From positions 1-45,039 of the IMG/VR virus record IMGVR_UViG_3300028197_000029: DNA of 45,039 nucleotides; one strand, given 5' to 3'. Source of the DNA: a virus (taxonomy: Duplodnaviria > Caudoviricetes). Positions 1-8,795 of the stretch are shown here, piece after piece (position 1 is the stretch's first letter; each line of letters opens with the position of its first letter). Below the pieces are notes generated by a model that saw nothing but the letters and a program-made list of their open reading frames with translations, was not told where the DNA came from and ran no database searches. The position numbers and the translations under genes were made by a program.

Positions 1-119
1 TCTTTATTGTGTGCCCTCAATAAAATCTTATACCTTTCCAGCTGGTTGGCAGTTGGTGGCTTACGTTTTGCCTTCTTTGTATTTATCGTAGAAAGCCCTC
101 GTGCTAAGTGCATAGTCAT
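1..119 (-). CDS. Hypothetical basic phage protein, 5' part (runs off the window)
   Basis: ATG at 119 with GGAG RBS; open frame MTMHLARGLSTINTKKAKRKPP... to the window edge; sigma70 promoter upstream. Confidence 0.6.
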   Translation of the reverse strand, partial: MTMHLARGLSTINTKKAKRKPPTANQLERYKILLRAHNK

Positions 120-154
120 AAAAAAACTCCTGCTATTAATAATTACAATAACTA

Positions 155-196
155 TTATAGCAGGAGTATAAGTTTAAGTCAACCTATTTTGGTAAA
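155..196 (-). promoter_or_regulatory. Early sigma70-type promoter cassette
   Basis: Reverse complement reads CCAAAATAGG-TTGACT-17 nt-TATAAT, the same cassette as in the 36-43 kb region. Confidence 0.75.
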
Positions 197-206
197 CTTA
201 GTTGAG

Positions 207-473
207 TTACGCAGTAACTCTTCTTCTTGAAATGCTGTATGTATTGACAGCTCTTCCAACATTACCTTTTTTAGCAGGTGTAGCTTTTACATTAAAGCCA
301 GCTTCTCTAATTTCAGAAACTCTAGCACCTGGTGATGCAATCTTTAATTTACTAGATAATGCATCTAATGTGAAAGTTTTACCAGTTCCCCAGTAGTTAG
401 CTAGGATTTTTTGGTTTTGTGATCCAAGTTTAAAGTATTTTGAACCTACAGCATTTGTTTTTTTAGTTTTCAT
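207..473 (-). CDS. Small basic helix-turn-helix DNA-binding protein (putative)
   Basis: 88 aa; ...LSSKLKIASPGARVSEIREAGFNV... resembles a winged-HTH recognition helix. Confidence 0.55.
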   Translation of the reverse strand: MKTKKTNAVGSKYFKLGSQNQKILANYWGTGKTFTLDALSSKLKIASPGARVSEIREAGFNVKATPAKKGNVGRAVNTYSISRRRVTA

Positions 474-504
474 AAGTTTTTCCTTTGTTAGTTAATAATA
501 TATA

Positions 505-546
505 ATATACACTAACTTACAAAGAAAGTCAACCTATTTTGGTAAA
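505..546 (-). promoter_or_regulatory. Early sigma70-type promoter cassette
   Basis: AGTCAACCTATTTTGGTAAA at 527-546 is identical to 177-196; -10 region TATTAT. Confidence 0.7.
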
Positions 547-821
547 TTTTGGTACAATGGAAGCTGAGAAATCACTTTTGGGTGTTCTTGTAGCTCATCT
601 TTTTCAACAACAGCACACGCTAAGTAGTCAATTTCCATCGGTTTTTGGTATGTTCTTTGGGCATAATCTAATAACCCGTTCAAAAGATTAGCTTGATTTG
701 TTTCGTAAAATCCTTGACAATGCGAGAAATTCTTAAATTCTAGTTGCCAACTATAAGTATTTTCTGCTCCAGAACCGTCCAAATACAGCAATGTTGCCAG
801 CATAATGACTACAGTATTCAT
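534..821 (-). CDS. Hypothetical protein with hydrophobic N-terminus
   Basis: 95-aa ORF, coupled to the upstream gene (TAATG overlap). Confidence 0.7.
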   Translation of the reverse strand: MNTVVIMLATLLYLDGSGAENTYSWQLEFKNFSHCQGFYETNQANLLNGLLDYAQRTYQKPMEIDYLACAVVEKDELQEHPKVISQLPLYQNLPK

Positions 822-1255
822 TAGTCAAGTACTACCTTGCCTTCAGCAAGTAGTCTTTCTCTGTTTGCTAAATGTCCTGCATCTGTATCATCCTTTGATC
901 CACCAAAGTAAGGTACTGCATGACCGTCCTCGACCATTATGTCGGTTGCTTTTTTATCTTCAATAATAAAGTCACCTAAGATACGTCCGAACTTACCCTT
1001 TTTATCTTCTCCGCTTCTATCAATTTCTGTTTTAAGATGCTGTGTTGATCCGACTGGTAACATACCTTTAAGATGTTCTTTAGCCGCAAGTCCAAACTTC
1101 TTTTCTACTTTATCTCTTGTTCTTGATTCAGGAGTATCAATGCCCATCATACGAACACGTTCTTTGTGCATCCACATGCCGAATCCTAGATCGATATCAA
1201 TATCAACTGTATCGCCATCTACTACTCTTAAAATTTTACACTTGTACTCATACAT
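821..1255 (-). CDS. Thermonuclease (SNase-like) family nuclease
   Basis: VVDGDT, RVRMMGIDTPE and GKFGRILG motifs. Confidence 0.9.
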   Translation of the reverse strand: MYEYKCKILRVVDGDTVDIDIDLGFGMWMHKERVRMMGIDTPESRTRDKVEKKFGLAAKEHLKGMLPVGSTQHLKTEIDRSGEDKKGKFGRILGDFIIEDKKATDIMVEDGHAVPYFGGSKDDTDAGHLANRERLLAEGKVVLD

Positions 1256-1265
1256 TATTTTCTCC

Positions 1266-1415
1266 CTATTTTATGTATTTTTTTAATAACAGATAAATTG
1301 TATAACAAACAAACAAATATGCTGTTGCTACACTTACATCTATTAAATGTTCTCGCATATGATATATAAATTCTATACCTGCTTGAACATCACCCTCGGT
1401 TACTTTTTGTTCCAT
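1266..1415 (-). CDS. Small membrane protein (49 aa, not in ORF track)
   Basis: MEQKVTEGDVQAGIEFIYHMREHLIDVSVATAYLFVCYTIYLLLKKYIK; GGAGG RBS. Confidence 0.65.
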   Translation of the reverse strand: MEQKVTEGDVQAGIEFIYHMREHLIDVSVATAYLFVCYTIYLLLKKYIK

Positions 1416-1428
1416 TATTAGCCTCCTA

Positions 1429-1626
1429 TTATACAGCTACCATATCAAATAGTGCTGGACCAAATGTGCTAACTGCCCATCCTAATGCTACGATGGTTAC
1501 TACTCCTAGTACTAGCCATTTCATCTTGAAATCGTCTACGACCATTTTAAGTCCTATTAGTTCGTTACCTAATATTCGTACACTTACTTCTAGTTTTCCT
1601 TGATCGTCTGGTGCTTTTGTTGACAT
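1429..1626 (-). CDS. Small membrane protein
   Basis: 65 aa, one C-terminal hydrophobic segment, GAGG RBS. Confidence 0.7.
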   Translation of the reverse strand: MSTKAPDDQGKLEVSVRILGNELIGLKMVVDDFKMKWLVLGVVTIVALGWAVSTFGPALFDMVAV

Positions 1627-1705
1627 TATTTTACCTCGTTTGATTAACTACTCTTATATTTATTTAAAATATATCTAAAATGCTAAATATCTCCAAAGGA
1701 GTGTC

Positions 1706-1891
1706 ATGGCTATAAGAAATAGAAAAGGACAAATAACAGTAGAGCGTAAAAAATATAAAGATGGTATAGAAGTTAAGCCTTGTAAGTATTACAAACAAAC
1801 TGGCGGTGGTGTAATGGGCGGTTCTATTGGTGGTGAACCTATTATGGATTCAAACGGCAATCCTATTCCGTGGGGCCAAATTGGATATTAA
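1706..1891 (+). CDS. Hypothetical protein
   Basis: 61 aa, AAGGAG RBS, TAAATA upstream, terminator downstream. Confidence 0.7.
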   Translation: MAIRNRKGQITVERKKYKDGIEVKPCKYYKQTGGGVMGGSIGGEPIMDSNGNPIPWGQIGY

Positions 1892-1898
1892 TGATCAT

Positions 1899-1927
1899 AA
1901 AAAAAGGCCGCACAAGGCGACCTTTTT
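1899..1927. terminator. Bidirectional intrinsic terminator
   Basis: AAAAAAAGGCCGC-ACAAG-GCGACCTTTTT between convergent genes. Confidence 0.75.
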
Positions 1928-1949
1928 AAATTTATAATTGCAAACGAAA

Positions 1950-2540
1950 TTAGAACTTAAATGTTAGTCCTACTTCTGCTTGTCTATCTCCCGGATTGCT
2001 AAAGTCTACATCACGTGCTTCTGTGATAGATCCTTTAACACTTACAGCTTCTGATATTGCATAACTTGCACCTACTTCGATGTAAGATGAATTTCTGTTA
2101 AAGTCTACAATGTTTTTTTGCTTTGACTGCCATGCATATCCAACTTCTGCAAACGGAGTTATCTGGCCCATTGCATGTGCTACACCAACGTACGGTGATA
2201 AATCAAGTGTACGTGTATCTGATGTAAAACTGTCGCCGAAGCTAAATTCTGCTGATGCACCTGCATACAACGGAGTTGTTGGTACAGCCATTACTTTACC
2301 TGCTTTGATTGCATAGTTGTCTACGCTACCATTACGCTTGAATTTAATCATTGCGTCTACAGATGCTATTTGTCCTCCGATAGCTAGTTCAGTAGCACCG
2401 GTCTTAGGTGCTTTGATGCTAATGGAGTAGTCGTCTGAGACTGCTGTCATTTTCATCGCAGTATTATCATAGTCACCAGCAAAAGCTGATGTACTTAATA
2501 ATGTGGCAATTACTGCCATTGATGTTAGAATTTTTGTCAT
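1950..2540 (-). CDS. Outer-membrane beta-barrel protein (putative)
   Basis: Signal peptide ending AFA; alternating beta-strand pattern (PYVGV, FAEVGY, YIEVGASY); C-terminal VGLTFKF BAM-type signal. Confidence 0.75.
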   Translation of the reverse strand: MTKILTSMAVIATLLSTSAFAGDYDNTAMKMTAVSDDYSISIKAPKTGATELAIGGQIASVDAMIKFKRNGSVDNYAIKAGKVMAVPTTPLYAGASAEFSFGDSFTSDTRTLDLSPYVGVAHAMGQITPFAEVGYAWQSKQKNIVDFNRNSSYIEVGASYAISEAVSVKGSITEARDVDFSNPGDRQAEVGLTFKF

Positions 2541-2649
2541 TTGTTATAGTTTCCTTGTAATTCATAATAAAAGGCAGTAAGTTCATTCCTTCTGCCAACG
2601 TTATTTATAAACATATCGTCTATGTTATAATAGTTGTGAACTATAAAGG

Positions 2650-2972
2650 TAAAGTGCGACTTTTCTGTTGCTAGGTAAGTCGCCAACCCCGAGTGACTAC
2701 GCCGCTAAGGCGAAATCCTCATTCACGTAGTTCTTTGGTGAACCGAAGTCTACAAAAGAAAATACGTTTGATACATTTGCGTTTGCATTTGTAACGTGTC
2801 TTCGCGTTAACCGAGCTTAGATCCGGACAACTCCACTCTTCTACTTATCTGCCAGTCGATCCTATTTCGGCCCCGTCAAATGTACATTAGGATTGCCGTC
2901 AAATGTACATTTGGTGGAGCCGCCGGGTACCGCCCCCGGGTCCTGATCAGTGTTTGAATTGCTTCAACATTG
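2650..2972 (-). ncRNA. ssrA: Two-piece (circularly permuted) tmRNA, alphaproteobacterial type
   Basis: Acceptor piece ...GACCCGGGGGCGGTACCCGGCGGCTCCACCA ends at 2912; intervening segment 2875-2911; coding piece starts GGGGCCGAAATAGGATCGAC at 2874; tag ORF 2786-2697 ends in ALAA-stop. Outer ends are approximate. Confidence 0.92.
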
Positions 2973-2978
2973 CAAGTA

Positions 2979-3011
2979 TATTTATACACTCATTTAATGG
3001 GATTGTCAACC
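2979..3011 (-). promoter_or_regulatory. Overlapping sigma70 and late-type promoter for ssrA
   Basis: TTGACA (3009-3004), 17 nt spacer, then TATAAATA (2986-2979). Confidence 0.65.
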
Positions 3012-3012
3012 T

Positions 3013-3396
3013 TTATGTTAAGAAAAGATAACAATAAAGTAGGTAACAGGTGTAGTGTAGAATCTGATCAATACTTTGTATAGTCCAAAACTTTACACTT
3101 TCGAATTTTACTTTTGATTTTCTAATGTAAATTGTTTTAAAGTAATCTATTGTAAAATGTAATACAAAGTCTAATAGGGCAATATATATTGCTAGTTGAT
3201 ATGTAATGTATATAGAATCAATAAAAGGAAGGCATACTAGAAATGTACCTATTGCATGATCTAGTGCATGTCTATACCCTTTTGAATCTCGTAAGTTAGC
3301 TTTATCTCCGTATTTGTTTCCAAAACGAGATTGTAGCATTAAGTCTGCAATGGCATGTTTAGCAGTAAGAAGGAAAAGAAAAAAGGCTACTTCCAT
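3013..3396 (-). CDS. DUF3307-like membrane protein
   Basis: HAIADLMLQ, HFTIDYFK and DQILH motifs; hydrophobic segments. Confidence 0.8.
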   Translation of the reverse strand: MEVAFFLFLLTAKHAIADLMLQSRFGNKYGDKANLRDSKGYRHALDHAIGTFLVCLPFIDSIYITYQLAIYIALLDFVLHFTIDYFKTIYIRKSKVKFESVKFWTIQSIDQILHYTCYLLYCYLFLT

Positions 3397-3397
3397 T

Positions 3398-3604
3398 TTA
3401 GTTCTTCTTTAACCCTGGAAATTTTTTGTAGTATTCTTCTTCAAAGCCTACTTCATATTCTGAAAGTGGAGCACCGTTACTCCCAGCTTCCCATAATCTC
3501 TTAAAATAACCATTTGCTGAATCAAAGGCTTGTTGATCGCTAATTTGAATGTGTCCTTTTACTAACCAAAACAACCTATAGGCTTCTTTATGTGTTACTT
3601 GTTC
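3398..3604 (-). CDS. Hypothetical protein (start uncertain; track ORF 3398-3691 probably overextended)
   Basis: C-terminal part (AYRLFWLVKGH...GYFKRLW) looks like real coding sequence; the N-terminal part overlaps the upstream gene. Confidence 0.55.
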   Translation of the reverse strand, partial: EQVTHKEAYRLFWLVKGHIQISDQQAFDSANGYFKRLWEAGSNGAPLSEYEVGFEEEYYKKFPGLKKN

Positions 3605-3813
3605 TACCAAAAGTTTAGTGTCCTTCCATTGCCTGCTATAATCATAACACATGTAGCCACATGGAGGACAATCCAGAAAGTCCGGAACCACAGAGCTTTC
3701 TTTACGTCTGATTGTGTAATTGGTAGGAACTCAGGTTTGTCATCGTCGGTAATGCCTATTGGCATTCCAATACTGCGAGCCCAAACTTTAAGCCAACGCC
3801 GCTGACCACTCAA
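3604..3813 (-). CDS. Small phage membrane protein
   Basis: 69 aa, TTG start with GGAG RBS, one hydrophobic segment. Confidence 0.65.
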   Translation of the reverse strand: MSGQRRWLKVWARSIGMPIGITDDDKPEFLPITQSDVKKALWFRTFWIVLHVATCVMIIAGNGRTLNFW

Positions 3814-3815
3814 AC

Positions 3816-4052
3816 CTATTCTCCTGTTATTGCATTATCTTCTGGGATATGAACAATACGGATATCAGTTGCTACTGTTTTACCGTTATGATCATCGAGT
3901 GTATAATCTAGTACCATGCCTTCAATTATCTTTTTGATTCCAGACTTTCTAAATTCGCTTACGTGTGCAAACAAATCTTTTTGTCCTTCTTCTCTAGAAA
4001 TGAAACCATATCCTTTAACATGATTATACCACTTTAATTTTCCTTGTGCCAT
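3816..4052 (-). CDS. cspA: Cold-shock domain protein
   Basis: GKLKWYN, RNP1 KGYGFI and RNP2 LFAH. Confidence 0.93.
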   Translation of the reverse strand: MAQGKLKWYNHVKGYGFISREEGQKDLFAHVSEFRKSGIKKIIEGMVLDYTLDDHNGKTVATDIRIVHIPEDNAITGE

Positions 4053-4070
4053 CTTTTCCTTGCCCTTATT

Positions 4071-4098
4071 AAAAATAGGGGCCCCGAAGGACCCCTAT
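4071..4098 (-). terminator. Intrinsic terminator with UUCG loop
   Basis: ATAGGGGTCC-TTCG-GGGCCCCTAT-TTTT on the minus strand. Confidence 0.85.
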
Positions 4099-4103
4099 AT
4101 TAT

Positions 4104-4283
4104 TTACATATTATTTTTCTTTTCTTGAATTTCTGCACGACGAGCTTTAGTTAGCTTGCCTAGATCTCCAAGTGCCTTACGTGCCCTTGCGGCCGCGGCT
4201 TTAACACCTTTTGTTTCAAATGCTTCGGATTCTTTTAAATAGTTATCCATAGCTTCTTGAATTGCTGAATGATGTTCTGACAT
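4104..4283 (-). CDS. Histone H1-like Hc1-family nucleoid protein (59 aa, not in ORF track)
   Basis: ...EAFETKGVKAAAARARKALGDLGKLTKARRAEIQEKK matches the Hc1 pattern; AAGGAG RBS. Confidence 0.75.
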   Translation of the reverse strand: MSEHHSAIQEAMDNYLKESEAFETKGVKAAAARARKALGDLGKLTKARRAEIQEKKNNM

Positions 4284-4297
4284 AATATTCTCCTTCT

Positions 4298-4588
4298 TTA
4301 TGTTTTAATACCGGTCGTTGACTCGATATATTTGCTTGCCATTGATTTTTCAGTCTTAGCAATAAAAACAATAACGTTTCTATTAAGTTCTAAGTCTGTC
4401 TCGACACTTACCGTAAAAACGTATGGTGCTAACATCATACCTTTTTCAGTTGCGGCCAGTGCCAATGGCTTCTTAACGGTTACGGTGTCTTTCTCTACTT
4501 TTACTAATCTAGCAACTAACTCATCTCCAGTTGTTGTTTTGATAGTAACAGTATCTCCTACTACATACGGTGTTTGAAGTTGTAACAT
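4298..4588 (-). CDS. Sm-like fold phage protein
   Basis: GDTVTIKTTTGDELVARL...YIESTTGI pattern, common in T4-like phages. Confidence 0.65.
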   Translation of the reverse strand: MLQLQTPYVVGDTVTIKTTTGDELVARLVKVEKDTVTVKKPLALAATEKGMMLAPYVFTVSVETDLELNRNVIVFIAKTEKSMASKYIESTTGIKT

Positions 4589-4863
4589 TATCCTACTCCT
4601 GTTCCATTGAAACCAGTATTTTCAATGTAGTTCTGAAGTGCTTCATAACCACCTATATGTTGATCGCTAATAAACACTTGTGGTGCTGTTCGCGGTGCTG
4701 GTAGACCTTTATCTTCAAAGAGTTGTAGTAACTCATCGGGTCTAATTTCTTTTCCAATCTCAATAGTTTCAAAAGCTATATGCATTTTAGTTAATAATGC
4801 TTTTGCTTTATCACAAGATGGACATAACGGCTTACTATAAACCGTTACTGGTAGTATACTCAT
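4588..4863 (-). CDS. grx: Glutaredoxin
   Basis: CPSC active site and TAPQVFI..HIGGY; adjacent to nrdAB. Confidence 0.93.
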   Translation of the reverse strand: MSILPVTVYSKPLCPSCDKAKALLTKMHIAFETIEIGKEIRPDELLQLFEDKGLPAPRTAPQVFISDQHIGGYEALQNYIENTGFNGTGVG

Positions 4864-5963
4864 AAACTAAATCCTTTTAACATTTCGTTATCGACATCTT
4901 GTTTAATTCCACCTACAATATAACTTTCAACTTCTGTTTCTTGAGGTGCAACCTGTAGTCCTGAACTACTCAACCAATGTTGTGTCCAAGGTAACGGATT
5001 TGCATTTAAAGGTCTGTCAAACAATGTTTTATATCCAAGTGCTTTAAGTCTTTTATTGGCAATCCATTCTACATAATGGTGTAAAAGTTCTTCATTCAAG
5101 CCAATGATCGCACCATCTTTAAATAGATAGTTTGCCCAGGCTTTTTCTTCGTTTACACATTCTTTCCACATAGCTAATACTTCTTCTTCGCACTCTTTAG
5201 CAACACTTTGCATCTCAGCATCGTCATTACCTTTCAACCAATGCTTTAATACATGAGTTGATAAATTAAGATGTGTTGCTTCATCACGTGCAATTAAACT
5301 AATAATCTTTGCTGAACCTTCCATTACTTTTGATTCTGCAAATGCAAATGTACATGCAAACGACACATAAAAACGTAATCCTTCTAGTATATTTACATTC
5401 ATCATAGCAAGGAACATCTTCTTTTTGACATCACGTAATGAGCCTTCTCCTCTATGGAACCAAGCGTCAGCCGCGTCAGTAAATGCATCATAGTTCTTTG
5501 TAACTGCTGTTGCTCTTTTTAGAATCTCTTTATCGTCTAAGATAGTATCAAATACTTCACTTGGATCTGGATACACATTTTTCATAATGTGTGTATAACT
5601 TCTACTGTGGATTGTTTCAAAGAAGTCCCAAGTAACAATACATCCTTCTAGTTCTGGTAAAGACACATAAGGTAGAAAAGCTAAACTAGGACCACGTCCT
5701 TGTACACTATCCAAAAGTGTTTGGTACTTTAGGTTACTTGTAAAAATATGTTTTTGTTCAGGTCTAAACAATTGATAGTCTGCTCTATCTTTTTGTAAAG
5801 AAACTTCTTCAGCTCTCCAAAAATAACCTAACATTGTTTGGTTAAGTTTATCAAACTCTGGAAATTTGAATACATCATATCTTTGTGTGTTTTGATCCGG
5901 ACCAAAGAACATATGTGCTTTAGTGAAGTCTACTTTTTCTTGATTAAATACTGTTTTTCCCAT
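4860..5963 (-). CDS. nrdB: Ribonucleotide reductase class Ia beta subunit
   Basis: LLDSVQGR, ETIHSRSY (radical Tyr), LEGLRFYVSF, DEATH and APQETE motifs. Confidence 0.98.
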   Translation of the reverse strand: MGKTVFNQEKVDFTKAHMFFGPDQNTQRYDVFKFPEFDKLNQTMLGYFWRAEEVSLQKDRADYQLFRPEQKHIFTSNLKYQTLLDSVQGRGPSLAFLPYVSLPELEGCIVTWDFFETIHSRSYTHIMKNVYPDPSEVFDTILDDKEILKRATAVTKNYDAFTDAADAWFHRGEGSLRDVKKKMFLAMMNVNILEGLRFYVSFACTFAFAESKVMEGSAKIISLIARDEATHLNLSTHVLKHWLKGNDDAEMQSVAKECEEEVLAMWKECVNEEKAWANYLFKDGAIIGLNEELLHHYVEWIANKRLKALGYKTLFDRPLNANPLPWTQHWLSSSGLQVAPQETEVESYIVGGIKQDVDNEMLKGFSL

Positions 5964-6020
5964 TAACTCTTTCCTCGTTTTGTCCTATATTGTAACATGT
6001 AATTATCTATTTGTCAACAA

Positions 6021-8336
6021 TTAAATTGCACATGCTTCACATTCTTCATCTTCTTCTTGCTTAGTGCCGTTAACAGCAAGTGGATTGTCTTTTACTTCAA
6101 ACTCAGGTTCAGGCATATCTTCGTCAGCACCTTTAAAATCATATGTATTTTGATAGTAACTAGTCTTCCAGCCATACTTATAAGTGTTCAACAAGTCTTT
6201 CATCATTACACTCATTGGTACTTCATTATCTGGAAAGTGTGTAGGATTATAACTCCAGTTACCACTTATAGCTTGATCAAAGAATTTTTGCATAACTGCT
6301 ACAATATTGATATAACCTTCGTTACTAGGCATATCCCATAGTAGTGTATAATACTGCTTTAGAGTTTGGTACTGCGGAACAATCTGCTTAAGAGGCCCTT
6401 TTTTGGACTTTTTAACGGACAAGTATCCCCTGGGTGGTTCAATTCCATTGGTGGCGTTCGACACAACGGAACTGCTCTCTGAAGGCATTTGTGCGGACAA
6501 TGTGCTGTGCCTAAGACCGTGCTGTCGTATGTCCTTGCGTAAAGTATCCCAATCATATTTTAATTTAATATTACATATTTCATCGACTTCTTTCTTATAA
6601 GTGTCGATTGGTAATATCCCTTCACTATATTTAGTACCACTAAAGTATTCACAAGGGCCGCGTTCTTGTGCAAGTTTATTACTTGCTTTTAAAAGATAAT
6701 ATTGAAACGCTTCTGTAAGTTCGTGTACTTTAGTAAGTGCCTTTTTATCACTATACATCACTTGATTCTTTGCAAGATAGTGTGCAAGTCCGATATATCC
6801 TACACCTAAACTACGTCTTGCTTTAGTTGACTTTTCAGCCGCTAAAATTGGATAACGTTGGTAGTCAATAATTTCTTCTAATGCTCTTACTGCTAGTTCG
6901 CATAATTCTTCTAAGTCATCAAGCTCTTTAAGTGTACCTACATTAATAGCACTAAGAATACATAATGCAATTTCACCATCTGGATCGTCAATGTGGTTAA
7001 GTGGCTTAGTTGGTAATGTAATCTCTTGACATAAGTTACTCATGTAAACTGTGTCTTTGAATGAACTATGTGTATTAGCATGATCTACATTCATAATATA
7101 GATACGTCCTGTTTCAGCACGTTCTTTAATTAATGCACTAAACAATTCCATAGCGGGAATAGAACGCTTTCTAATTGAAGTAGCTCTTTCATACTTCTCG
7201 TACAGTTCTTTAAATTTATCTTGATCACTAAAAAATGATTCATATAATCCTGGCACGTCTTGTGGCGAGAACAAAGTTATATCGCCTTGAGTCAACAACC
7301 GTTCGTACATTAGTTTATTAAGTTGAATTGAATAATCTAATTTACGTACACGATTATCTTCAGTACCTTTATTGTTTTTTAGTACAAGGATGTCTTCAAT
7401 CTCTTGATGCCAAAAAGGAAAATGTGTAGTAGCACTTCCACCACGTACACCATTTTGTGTGCAACATCTTACAGTTGCTTCGAACTTTTTTAGGAATGGA
7501 ACTACACCTGTGTGTGCTACTTCTCCTCCTCGAATTTTGCTGTTGACTCCTCTGATACGTCCTGCATTGATTCCGATGCCTGCCCTTTGAGCCGTATAGC
7601 GGCCAATAGACATATCGCTGGCAAAGATGCTGTCAAGAGTATCATCGCTGTCAACGAGAACGCAACTCGCGAACTGTCTGATAGGCGTTCGCACACCGGC
7701 CATGACCGGCGTTGGGATATTGATCTTAAAAAGAGAGGTCGAGTCATAGTATCTCCTAACATAATGTAACCTATCCTCTTTAGGATAGTCAGCAAACAAT
7801 GTTGCCGCAATCAACATGTACATATGTTGTGGACTTTCAAACAGTTCTCCTGTTGATCTATCTTGGCACAAGTACTTGTCTACTACCTGACGCAGACCTG
7901 CGTAGGTAAAGTTTTCATCTCTGTTGTGTCTAATATAACTATCTAGTTTTGTAAACTCTTCATTAGAATATAAGTCTAAAATATTACTATCATATACTCC
8001 TCGTTCAATATTCTTTTCGATCATTTCTTTAAGAGGAATTTTTTCAAAGCTACCATACACATCTTTATATACTCCGTATAGTAATAAACGTGCCGCGGCA
8101 TATTGATAGTTTGGACTGTCTAATGAGATTAGATCATTTGCTGATCTAATTAATAAGTCTTGTATTTGTCTAGAAGACATCATGTTCGTAAATTGAATAT
8201 TTGCACCCATTTGGATTTGGCTACTACTTACACCGGCTAGTCCTTCACACGCAAAATTTACTACTTTATGGATTTTATTAATGTCTAGTTCTTTGGCTGT
8301 GCCATCTCTTTTTATAATGCTTAACGATTGATTCAT
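6021..8336 (-). CDS. nrdA: Ribonucleotide reductase class Ia alpha subunit
   Basis: ATP cone, QFASCVL, SNLCQEI, KTSYY and C-terminal CEAC. Confidence 0.98.
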   Translation of the reverse strand: MNQSLSIIKRDGTAKELDINKIHKVVNFACEGLAGVSSSQIQMGANIQFTNMMSSRQIQDLLIRSANDLISLDSPNYQYAAARLLLYGVYKDVYGSFEKIPLKEMIEKNIERGVYDSNILDLYSNEEFTKLDSYIRHNRDENFTYAGLRQVVDKYLCQDRSTGELFESPQHMYMLIAATLFADYPKEDRLHYVRRYYDSTSLFKINIPTPVMAGVRTPIRQFASCVLVDSDDTLDSIFASDMSIGRYTAQRAGIGINAGRIRGVNSKIRGGEVAHTGVVPFLKKFEATVRCCTQNGVRGGSATTHFPFWHQEIEDILVLKNNKGTEDNRVRKLDYSIQLNKLMYERLLTQGDITLFSPQDVPGLYESFFSDQDKFKELYEKYERATSIRKRSIPAMELFSALIKERAETGRIYIMNVDHANTHSSFKDTVYMSNLCQEITLPTKPLNHIDDPDGEIALCILSAINVGTLKELDDLEELCELAVRALEEIIDYQRYPILAAEKSTKARRSLGVGYIGLAHYLAKNQVMYSDKKALTKVHELTEAFQYYLLKASNKLAQERGPCEYFSGTKYSEGILPIDTYKKEVDEICNIKLKYDWDTLRKDIRQHGLRHSTLSAQMPSESSSVVSNATNGIEPPRGYLSVKKSKKGPLKQIVPQYQTLKQYYTLLWDMPSNEGYINIVAVMQKFFDQAISGNWSYNPTHFPDNEVPMSVMMKDLLNTYKYGWKTSYYQNTYDFKGADEDMPEPEFEVKDNPLAVNGTKQEEDEECEACAI

Positions 8337-8369
8337 TCTACTTCCTTCTGTCTAACGTCTTTGCTGTAC

Positions 8370-8795
8370 TTAGTGTAATTTAGGCATGCTATAGACCCGT
8401 TCCGATATGATATAATTAGGTAAATCTTCTACTCTCATTACATCATTACCGTATCCTATAACTATGTTATTGTCTAAGTAAACCAAATATAATTGTTCTT
8501 CATTTCTTATATTCTTACTAATATGTATCTCAATTTGACTGGCTGAAAACCTATCGGTTAACTGTAAAGTATAGCAAATCAATAAAGAAAATTCATAATT
8601 AGTAAAACTTTCTTTGCCTATAAGTTCCCAAGGTTGTACCTGTGTCTTAGGATCCCAAGGATTAACTTTTCTAGATGATACTGGGAGTGTGTTAACAAAA
8701 CTCATTAAGCAATCCAATGGATTAGGATGAGTTTCAAGGGTACTTCTGAGATCCTTCCAGACCTTTACCTTATCTTCAAATTTTAATTCAAGCAT
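8370..8795 (-). CDS. Hypothetical protein
   Basis: 141-aa ORF coupled to the upstream gene. Confidence 0.75.
   Translation of the reverse strand: MLELKFEDKVKVWKDLRSTLETHPNPLDCLMSFVNTLPVSSRKVNPWDPKTQVQPWELIGKESFTNYEFSLLICYTLQLTDRFSASQIEIHISKNIRNEEQLYLVYLDNNIVIGYGNDVMRVEDLPNYIISERVYSMPKLH

Noticed and set aside
4860-8336. Introns, inteins or homing endonucleases in nrdA/nrdB
   Set aside because: Both ORFs are continuous and of normal length.
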